Shown here: in pieces, positions 13,001-26,991 of the stretch
Position numbering within the stretch: position 1 is the first letter of the stretch
How the letters are laid out: each line of letters starts with the position of its first letter
Source of the DNA: Auanema rhodensis
Lineage: Eukaryota > Animalia > Nematoda
Reading direction: 5' to 3'
Assembly (NCBI GenBank): GCA_964057225.1
Contig: OZ059895.1
Span: forward strand, 17,546,001-17,610,000
Length of the DNA stretch: 64,000 bases
Made by a program: the position numbers and the translations under genes
The notes under the pieces: model-generated
Seen by the model: only the letters and a program-made list of their open reading frames with translations
What the model was told of the DNA's origin: nothing
Database searches by the model: none

Positions 13001-14915
13001 TTAGTAATTAGAATGGATTTCTAAAGGTCTCTCCTGCTCTATATAGTACGATTCTGGTGTATGAACTGAAATATAAAGAGGATTAATCTGAGAATTGATA
13101 GGCGTTAATATATACGTAGGATGGTGCATCGTTAGTGTTCGAGGGAACTCAGAATTCAGAGGTTCTGTTTTTGGATAAATAATAGTTAATTGATTTTTTA
13201 CTCTAAAAAGCCAGAATTATTTCTTTATTTCGACTAATTAGTACTGAAACCTACTTTTTAAGGTCCGAGACAGGTTGATAGATATGAATAATTTTTCCTG
13301 ACTCAACAAGATGGCGTGATCTGGAAATATTGAGTTTTAAAGAATGCTCTTGAATAGTGGAAAGAATTAAAAATAAAATATTTCTTTTAATAAAAAATAT
13401 TCTATTAATATATTTTTTGTTAATGTTTAAACAAACATCAATGTCTACAACCGGTCTTTGCGTAACAAAATCGTTGACTGATTCATTATCCCGCATGTTT
13501 TTTAGTTCAAAAACAAAAAGATGCAGTGAAATTACAAAGAAAAAATAAAACACAAACTTCAAAAATTCGTTAATTACGGGATCGTAAACTGTTCCTTTGA
13601 AACATATTATGTTCATGGACGGAAATAACATCATTATCCTCTGAAAGCATATTAAAGCCTTGAAATTAACATCGAAAAAACCTTCGTGAATTTTAGCTCC
13701 TCATCGGTATAGGCCAAATTTTGACCATCATATTCTAAGCTTTGAATATTTGTGAATCTCGCTGTGATTTTGGTGTGAATAATCTATGAAGGTGTAAACT
13801 AGTTTTTGGTAATAAAGTATTGAATACTTTTGAGAGAGTCAGATGCGTTATTGAAAGACAGTTTGAAATACACTCTGCTAGCTCCTCGTTTATGATAACT
13901 GATGAATAAATTCTAAGGCATCTGCGAAACAGAAGAAAATGTATAAATGCTTTAATATAAAGTGACATACCTTAATGATTTATGGAGAATCTCCAACCAC
14001 TGCTGAAGTAGCTCTTGGGCTCCTCTAGCTTCAATCCCATCATTCTAAAAAATTTTACTAGAGGTAGAGTGAACAAAATTACCAAATCAGGAGAAACGCG
14101 TAGTACATAATCCAAGTCTCTTGTTTTTCCTAAATTCAGTTCAACAAGACTAAAAACAAGAAATATATAACATTTGAAGTTCCCTATATACATTTTTACC
14201 TATTAGATAATTCACGGAGACAATCCTTTAATAATGAAGCATATTGGAAAGTGTCCATTTCTATTACACATTTTAAAATAACTTCCCTCTTGAACTGCTT
14301 CAAATATCTGCTAAAAGACAACAAAGCAGCCTAAAGGCATAAATTTCCTGATGTTTCATTAAGTTTTATTGGTATAACCTGATATGTCATCACATTTTCC
14401 TGAGTGCAATTTTCAAAAACAAGTCGTATATCTATGAATTTGGCTAATTGTGTTTGATATTTGAAGCAAGTAATTATTTCATCCAAAGAGACGTTCCGGA
14501 AAACTAGAATATAAAGAATTATACGGGGGGAGAAAATTATAACAAAACCTCCAACTTGGGACACTATGTTTCTTTCTTCTCGATAAAATCGTATCATTAA
14601 CGGCATTCCTAAGTCCATTGAGATTGAAGCAAATTCTGTTTTTTCCTGAGAAAACTTCGTTTCCTCAACATGTACCCAACTGCAACAATACATTTAAATT
14701 CTCTTTTCTTTAAAATTTTCGAAAACTAACTTTTTCGCAGGTTTTACATGTTCGGGGACCAAAAAAGGATTACCGCAATCAAGAAAATCAATTAAATCAT
14801 CACTTGATTCAGAATCCGGACTACTTCCTATTGTTTCAATACTACCTTTCGGAATAGAGAATGATGGAATCAAATCTGTGGGACAATCCGAATAAAAGCT
14901 GGCCTCAGGCTCCAT
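13001..14915 (-). CDS. Multi-exon gene of unknown function
   Basis: ATG 14915 (MEPEASFYSDCPTDL...), successive open segments bounded by GT/AG (SWVHVEETKFSQEKTEF..., RCLRIYSSVIINEELAECISNC..., RIMMLFPSMNIICFKG...), last exon VHTPESYYIEQERPLEIHSNY*. No family recognised; internal junctions approximate. Confidence 0.55.
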
Positions 14916-15604
14916 AACAGAATTCAAGCAAAACGTAAACCTGACAATGACTGACGCTAACTTTGTTCCAATTCAATTATTCTAATTATAAGCTATCTGT
15001 AGTGGCTAATTGTGCAAAATAAATTAACTAGAAAAGTATGGGAAATGAAAAGAAAGTTTAGAAAGTTTTTAAATACACGATAAAGGAAAAAATAACTAAT
15101 TATGAAAATTAGTTGGATTCGGTATGTATAATCAGTACATAACTGAGGTGTAAATTCGCTTAATTTACCATTCACAAATGCATATTATTTTCCGTTTTCA
15201 TCAAATACAGATAAAAAGTTCAGCTGCTTTTTAATTCTATTCATAGATTACTTAAAGAATTTCCATAAGATAAATATAGTTTTTTAAATAAACTAATATA
15301 TATTTTTGTTACCTCAATTCGCTAAATCATCAAAAATTTCAGAAATTACCTTCGTTGACACTTTTTGCGTTTTATTAACATAATTTTTCGAATTTCGTAA
15401 AGAAAAAGCCTATTTTTCAATTCTTGTTGCCGATGGAGAAACAATTGGCTTGGGTATCATAAAAATTGGTATGCCTATTATTAATTAAAAAGCATCATGT
15501 GCTTATTTCCTAAAGAATCCAGCTTTTTATTATTTTATCTACAAGCTTATAGCATATTAAGTATATAAAAGTAATAAGTGAGTTATTTAGATCAAAACGA
15601 ATAG

Positions 15605-17905
15605 TTAAATGTCCACAAAAGCATTCCAATTAATTCCAATCAACCATTTGGCGTATCTTCTGCCGTATGTTTCTTCCTCCTAAACAAACTGTTTACTCAT
15701 AGTTCCTTAAAAATTAACTTACATCCAGATGTATATTAGCTCCTGTATATCTAGGGATTTCAGATTCCATTCTCTCTTTTAATTGCAGTTGACAATTTTT
15801 ATACTGTACATAATGAACTCTTCCTGCAAATCTTCAAACAATTAATGATTCGGGGCATTCAATTAACCTTTGCGGGGCTGTATTCTAACTCTCATGCTCG
15901 GATTAAGAAAAGATACGTCATAGGCCTAAAATATAAATAAAATTTCTTAATGTGTGGTCAGCCGGATACATACTTTCTCAGTGTCTCCTATTATCTGCTG
16001 CGATAACTGAAGATATTCAGCTGGCTGGTCTAAAGAAAATGTTGTAGAGTTTGGATAGTTTCAGTTTGACATACTGTCTCTTAGATCAATCTTTGAGCTT
16101 GAGCATGTAAAGTAAGTTCCATCATTTCTAATAACAAGCACATTATTAGTAGTTTTGGTATGTAAATTGAAAAATGGAAAATTTTCAGAAATTTGTAAAG
16201 CTTCGATAACAAAATTGACCTGAAGTATATACCATTTTGAATATTAAACAAGAAAGAAGAAGTAGAAACTAACTTTAATTTTAAGTAAGGTATCTTCAGC
16301 CGTGTTTCGTAAATCACATACATCACCGACGGCTAGAGAGACCATTAAGTTCATAAGCAAGATCACAGTAATAATTTCAAATGCCAAAACTAAGAAAGAC
16401 GGAATCCACTGCATTGTTCCTGTAGAGTTCAACTATGAATTTCAAAAAATAAGAAGACAAAATACCTAAAATATCATTTGCATCAACTTCACCAATCATC
16501 ATGGTTGATGTTTTAGTAACAGCTTGTAATATAACAAATAGTTTCTGGGTTGTTGTAGCATTATCGTTCTAGAATACAATTTTCGAATTAGTTTTCATAC
16601 TATATTAGGTTTACGTACATTGTCCATAGTATCCCAAGGCTGAATACCACTATCGCGCATAATTAAATGGAAAGCAAACGAGAATGCAATAAGTGTTGGA
16701 ATCCAAATTGTAGCAATCTATATGAATACCATAAAATTATATTCAAACGTTAACTTACGTGTCCAAATGATTTAAGAATACGGACCATCATGAAAATATA
16801 TATTCCATAAGGAGACTTTCTAAGGATATACAAACAATTAATCCATGCCGATATAATTGCAATGATAGGAAGCAACCAAAGAATAACTTTCTATAAGAAA
16901 TGCAATTATATATTAAATCTAAATTTATATACCTTTATTTCTTCATGATAATTATCATATTGGAAAAGGATTGGAACCCAAATATAGGCAGCTGTAGCCA
17001 TATAAGTTATGGCATTGAATGATAGAGCAGCAATGAATAAAGACGAAAGTCGGTTTTCAGGTATATTCTTCTTGATTATCGCTTTGGAAACCTAACAAGG
17101 AAATGCGTATATAACGTACTCAATAGCTCGTTAAACTAACCATGATAACAACAAAAATACAAATCATGGCAGTAATAACATAATCATAAAAAATATTCTT
17201 TGAAAATATATGAGCAGAAAGTAAGAAGAGAAAAAAAGCAAACACTGAAAAAAGTTCATTACCCATACTTATGCAAGTAAGCAAACTTACTTAGAATTTG
17301 AACTGTATACCACAAGGCAGAATCAATTAGGCGTTCATTAATAAAATTGAGAACCATAGGATGTCGAATAACTCCCCATTTATTCTGTCTTTTCTGAATT
17401 AGTATGGTATCAATATGGATTTCTAATTCATATCTAACTAATTGTTGGATATCTTTCCAATGAATTACTTCCCCAATGAATGGATCACCAGGCTTGACAT
17501 CTTCACTAGTACTGAAATTATTTATATAAATATATTTATAATATTAAGAAAAATAACTCTTTTTGGTAATCAAAATAGAAAATTAGCCTGTCTTCTTCGT
17601 CAGCATATTGTACTCTAGTGCGATTATTCAAAGAATCAGCAGTTAAACTGAAATAAAAAAATTATACACACATTCTTTCAATTGGGTAGATTATGAATAT
17701 TTCGCACAACCGCCTACGGCATCAATGGATGTTAAATACAAAAGGCAAACGAATGCCACAATTTTCAAATTTTTTATGCTAATTTTTTGAAATGTATCGA
17801 TTGCTTGAAAAGAGAATAATTTTGGCCTTTGCAATATATAATGAAAATTTAAAGATACAGTTCAAATAAAACTTACGTCTGCGTAACTTCTATTCCTTGT
17901 GTCAT
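15605..17905 (-). CDS. trpa-2: TRPA-family cation channel lacking ankyrin repeats (TRPA-2-like)
   Basis: Spliced product has pre-S1 VIRHPMV, hydrophobic helices, LRKSPYGIYIFMMVRILKSF, pore TKTSTMMIGEVDANDIL, S6/TRP-like FEIITVILLMNLMVSLAVGDV; short N-terminus; ends IGINWNAFVDI*. Confidence 0.75.
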
Positions 17906-18083
17906 TCCATCAATCGAATCTAAATCATACAAAATAATATTTAACAAATCAATTTTGAACGATTTAAGAACAATATTCCGAAACAAGCAGATCGAACAAG
18001 TTAGTGTTTCAGCTCTACGGCAGTCATTACAACGTATTACTTTACACTAAACTCCTCAGTGGTAAGCAATGACTCACAAAATA

Positions 18084-19271
18084 CTACTTTAGAAAAGCTG
18101 AAATCCCGGGTATGAATATCTATTCAACAAGGTAACAAATTTTCTGATTGACATACGGCAAATATGAAACGATCGTATTGAAATATGAAAAAGGGAGAAA
18201 GAGATATGTCGAAAAGGAGGGCATGATGGACACCAGTGCTGGAATAATAGACAAACATACACAAAAGTAAATATTACTAGTCTATACAGTTGTCGCTATA
18301 ACGGCCATTTGATGTTCATTAAATAGTTTAGGAAATAAATAACCGAATTTATGAATTGATTGAACTTAATTCAGATGTTTGGAAATAATAGCATAAAGGT
18401 AATGATACATTGGTCGATTCTAATGCAAAAGAGCCTTAGCTACATCTTGTTCAATAAGAGAAATATGAATAGATTTGAACCTTGAAGTTAAACTGTGCTA
18501 ATGTGCCAATTTAACATGAGACATGACAATCGATAACTATAGAAAGCTCGAATTACTGCATGAACTTAGGAAATGGCAGAGAAATTACTGGAGAGGACAG
18601 CGCGATAAGCCAGGACCATCTGGTTATAAATATGGCTTCAATAGTAATGTCTGTCTGAAATTGACAACGAATCCGTAAAACAGCAGAATCAATCTTCAAT
18701 GTTCTTTGACAAGAGCTTATTTGGTATAGCCTTCGTCTCATTTCACATGCATGAAGGGGCTTCTCTTGTGAAATTAATACCTATCGATTTCTATAAGAGA
18801 GTAAGGAGCAACATCAACTTAACATCTTAAATGAATAAGTGGCTTCTGGAGTGACGTTAGTGAAAAGCATAATTCAAACAAAAACTTCCAATTTTTCAAT
18901 ACTTCAAATTAATTTTTTTCAAATTGAAATCTCAAGATTGGTCTATATCTTAGTTGATTTATTAACTATGCTAAATAGTTACATAAATATAACAACTAAG
19001 AAGGGTGAACTCGAATAGAAAATGCATTTCGTTACTGCCACATGACTGGATAGATGTTTAGAAACACACATCCCACTATATATCCGGAAACTAATAGGAT
19101 GGGCAGGCATGCGGCTAACAGACGAGCAATCAGCCGGATGCGGGCTCTTTCCAGCTCTACATACCTAATTTACAATGACAAGTTGGAAAGCTAACAAGCT
19201 CGCAGCTGACTTATGAGGGAGAATACGAACATGAATTTGTTATCGGATATTTTCCATAATCCATATAACAT
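18084..19271 (-). CDS. Possible small or degenerate membrane-protein gene downstream of crn-1
   Basis: Spliceable hydrophobic segments MLYGLWKISDNKFM|YVELERARIRLIARLLAACLPILLVSGYIVGCVFLNIYPVMWQ and LVIIYFCVCLSIIPALVSIMPSFSTYLFLPFSYFNTIVSYLP|YSYPGISAFLK*. The middle (18330-18550) could not be joined without stops. Confidence 0.3.
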
Positions 19272-19406
19272 TATTTGATAAGCAAGAAAACAACACCTTC
19301 AGATCAATTTATTACTCGCAACTTATACAAATACATGCAGCAATTACCGAGAAAAAACAAGATGCTTTCACAGGGAACCGAGCAACTTACTTAAGATCAT
19401 AAATAA

Positions 19407-21046
19407 TTATCTTGGTCTTTTGATAGGTGGTCCTCTCTTCTTTTCTCCCTTTTTCGCGTCTTGTGCTTTACGCTTAGCAGAAGTTGGAACAGTACTTACA
19501 GATTGCGAAATTTTAAAGAAGGAATCTATGCGACCCTATATAAAACAAGCTAGTTATGACAATTTTATTATTCAACCAACCTGTGTTCCAGCACTACGCC
19601 CTTTCTGCATTTTGGCGATTCCCGCACGAACTCTATCTTCACTGAAATGTTTATATTTGAAGAAAAGTATCATTTCATAACAGCATACTTGAAATTTTTT
19701 TCTTCGCACATGAACTTAACAATACCCTCAACGTCAGGCTCCTTCCATACTAACTAGAAAATACAAATCAAATAATATACTTTCAATAGAATAAATTTTA
19801 CCTCTATGTTCTCCTGATTCACTTCGGGGTTCAGGAACAACTCACGAGCGCGCTTATAAGGCCAGTCCTCAGGAGGAGGGTATTTCTAAAAGAAAGATAA
19901 ACTATAATTTAAATATATCTTTAATTTACGGATTGGTTGATGTTCTCTAAAACTGATTCAATAGTCTTGTGCTTAGAAATTAATTCGAAAGCTTTCTTTG
20001 GACCGATACCTAATATTATGTTGATAAACAGGAAAACTGAATTAAAACCAAAATGTACCTCGAATAGTACCACAGTAATCGCAACCAAGCATTATACAGA
20101 GATCAACAAATTGTTCCCGAGTCATACCAAACTCATCATATACCCGAGAAAGGTTAATTTCCTGTAATTTACTCTAAGTATATAAGTTTACGTATAGTAA
20201 CTAACTTTAATTGGCAATTTCTTAGCTTCAGAAAATGTCATATTCCTAAGAAGAACACTAGAGCCAAATGTAAGAGCATCCATATCTTCAGTGGCTGTGC
20301 CAAAAACCTTCAAAACTAAAAACTGGAAAAGGAAAAAGCACTCAATAAACTTTTCCCGCTTGAACCAATGCAGCACATTGAGCCTCTGCTTCACAAGGAG
20401 CTTCAACTACTGGAACTCCCATTAATCTGAGCAAAGTTTTAACATCTTCGTTTTGTTCTTTAGTAACCTATGAGTATCTGTAAGTTTGGTAACAATTATT
20501 AAAACATACCTTCACTAAGCGCCTTTCAAACTTATTAACAGCTTCAGCGTCTCCCTTTTCTTTTGCTTCTGTAAGCGCCTTTTCAGCTTCAGCACTAAAA
20601 AGCACATTCAGCGATAAATAATTTTCCCACTTAATACCGTCGTTCGGTTCTTTTTTCCAACTCCCCACTTTTCATATCTGGTGGTTTACCGTCAAATACA
20701 TAACATGGTTTAACACCATGATCGATCATTCTGATCGTACGGTAAAACATACCCATTATATGACTTAAATGACATGAGATCAAATGAAAAACGCAGATCT
20801 GGCAAACCTTGTTGTTTCTCCCGTCTCGGATTGAAGCTGTGCTCCATCTTGCCTAACAGCAATCAGAAACTGATAAAGACACATAGATGCATCAATAGCA
20901 ACCTAAAACTTTTTCTTCCATTTTTAAAAAAAAGGGGGGGGGGGAGTTTAACAAACTTTGCGTCCAAAATAAGCTTTCATTTCGTTAAGTTTAACAGCTG
21001 AAGGAGCATTATCAGCTATAACCTTAGAAAGGTCTTTAATACCCAT
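19407..21046 (-). CDS. crn-1: Flap endonuclease 1 (FEN1)
   Basis: [15 protein letters not shown]...[78 protein letters not shown]-box QGRIDSFF, basic tail. Confidence 0.97.
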
Positions 21047-21359
21047 GGCAGTGCAGAGATACAGAAAATCAAAGCGAAATTGATAAGATCTAAACTTTCC
21101 AATATTATACCATACAAACACTAGTGACGATGAAGTACAGAAGTTGACAAATAATAATTCTTAAATTTTAAAAAACAAATAATTCCCGGCCAATTAGCAT
21201 TAGAGCGCACAATGGCTAAAAAAATTACTCAATTGTATTTGAAACAATTAGAATTTTTAAATAAATAGAAAAAAGTAATAACCACATTTCATTCATGTAC
21301 ATTTTTTGGAACAATATGAACTCAACAATCAACAATAACAATAAAGTAACATTACAATC

Positions 21360-22277
21360 TTATGATATATCATCTCCATCAAGGTTATCGTCAGAACCAC
21401 CATCTCCATATCTGTAATAAATTACAAGTTTCAAATTTAACTGAGAAAAATCAAACCCTTCTCCATTATCAAAGTAATTAGATATATAATCATTATCTTC
21501 TTCTGCATATCCATCTTCAGAAAGGACTTCAGCCTCTTCCCTGTCAGATTTTTCAGAGCCCTCTTCCTTTACAGATATTATTTTTAAAAATGGAAAGTAG
21601 AAGACAGGTACCTCGTCTTCCGCATCATCGTCTTTCTCTTGGCCCTCGTTTGCTTCTAATGTTTTCAATCGTAAAGCTAATTCTTCATTACTCAATCCAT
21701 CTCTCTTCCTTTTCTTGGCCTTGGGTTCACCCTTACTTTTTTGCCAACACAATTCTTCCGGTAATCTTTGAAAATCTAAATATATTTCATTTATTCTTCA
21801 AATTAAAAAATTCTATTCACCTGGCTGAAGTTTTTCTCTATCTAATTGATTGTATTTGTCCATATATCGCCTAATATCCTTCTTCTTCTTAAAATCAAGA
21901 AAAAATTCTGACTCATGAAATCTGAGCAAGAATGTTTACAGGCTTTTACTTTTACTTTTTTTCGATTATTACCTATTTACAATTTCAAACTTAACATCAG
22001 CCATGTAGGATTGATGATCTGTTATGTTAAAGGGGATGAGTGCTCTATTCAACACCTAAAAACACCTATACAATTCATCGAAAACATTATTAATAACAGA
22101 TTTAGTAAAATGCTCAAAACTGTTATGCTTCGGAATTTTTCTCACCGGATACAAGGGAGGTTCCGCTACTCTGGTTTGTTGATAAGCTGCCATTTCATGC
22201 CTAGCTATACCCAAGGCATTGGCCACAGCTCTTACTGTGGAGCCGGCACCTCCACCTCCTCTGCCTCGACCACCCAT
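21360..22277 (-). CDS. RNA polymerase III subunit RPC7/RPC31 (POLR3G-like)
   Basis: MGGRGRGGGG start, EPPLYP motif, acidic C-terminus EEDNDYISNYFDNGEG|YGDGGSDDNLDGDDIS* typical of RPC31. Confidence 0.88.
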
Positions 22278-22625
22278 CTAAATCGTATAAATGTTTCTTG
22301 AACTCTTTCAAGATAAACGAGGTATCAAATGCTCCAACAATTAAAAACTCATAACTAAATAATCAATTTTTTTTTTATTTTAAAAATTTGCAGCCTATGT
22401 ATACTCATTTTGTAATATTTAACAGAAACAAAACAACAAACAATGTGCATGAGAAGGGAGATCCTATAATCAATTCTACTTGAACTACCAACTATAGTTT
22501 AAAAACTAGAAATAAGGAAGAAAAAGTATAAATTTTACCGTCCAAGAATAAGAACGAATATGGGAACAATCTTTTGTATGACATGATAAAACCAATCTTC
22601 GATATGATATACAAAATTTGAAAGT

Positions 22626-25870
<3,245 letters not shown>

Positions 25871-26991
25871 CTTAAAAATTGTGTTGAATAAGATTAAATG
25901 GGTAGTAATAAGCAAAAACAACGGTAAAGTTATAGAAGATTCTAAACTAGCCGGAAAGCATCATCAGGATTTCACAACTCTAAAACCGTACGTGATCTTA
26001 CGTCACATTAAGCATGACATTTTACAGTATGACATCACTATTGCCAAGGGAGTTAATGAAATAAGCTTCATCACTGTTTAACATTTGAAAAAATTTACTT
26101 ATCTATAAATTCTAAGAACAGACTAATGGTATCAAATTTAACTCTAATAAATCAAATATTTTAGTTTCTAGCCTTATTTACGACCATTTTTTTAATTTTA
26201 TTTCAAAATTCAACAATGACATGTTAAATCTTGGTCTTCATCTGCTTATTAACAATTTATTAAAAAGCCTGAATTATATTTGAATGAATTATCTTAAGAT
26301 TTGGTTAATTCTTTTTTTTTATCCGTTTATATCTTTGAAGTAGTAACGAACAGGATAATGTATTTCGTGCAATCGTATTGTTTCGAAACAAGCAAGTTCA
26401 GAGAATCGGATGACAACATAAAAATTTCTATCATATAAGAAACACTACAGCAGTTCCTTAGCTAAGAATTCGAACTGATCAGATAAATTAAATTCCATAA
26501 TAAGTTTGTTTTAACTGTTCAACGTGTTAAAATTATTAATTGAAAAAAAACTAAGTTGTAATGCGGTAATAGTTTATGCATGTAATCAATAGACAATAAC
26601 AATAAATAATTAGCTCATGATTGTTCGACAAAACAGATATACATACAAAATGATCCATGTGGATCAGTCACCGTAATCGAGATTAGAAATGATGTTTTCA
26701 ACAAGCACATAAACTTTACAACTTTATGCAAGCTAATATGTTAAGGAATTTAAATTCGTAAGTTGTAAGGTTTAACTTCCCGACTGCAAAAAAAAGAGAA
26801 CGAGAATGGAGATGATGCAATATGGAGCGAGATCAGTGAAATAATAAAACAATATTGGCATAACGAATTGGACACAACAAAGTTCAAGGCAATTAAAGTT
26901 GGCGCCAACAAGATACAAAAAAACCCCATCAGAATATACCCCTTGATATTAGTATTGCATTTAAATCGTTTTACGAGAAAATTATTTTGCA

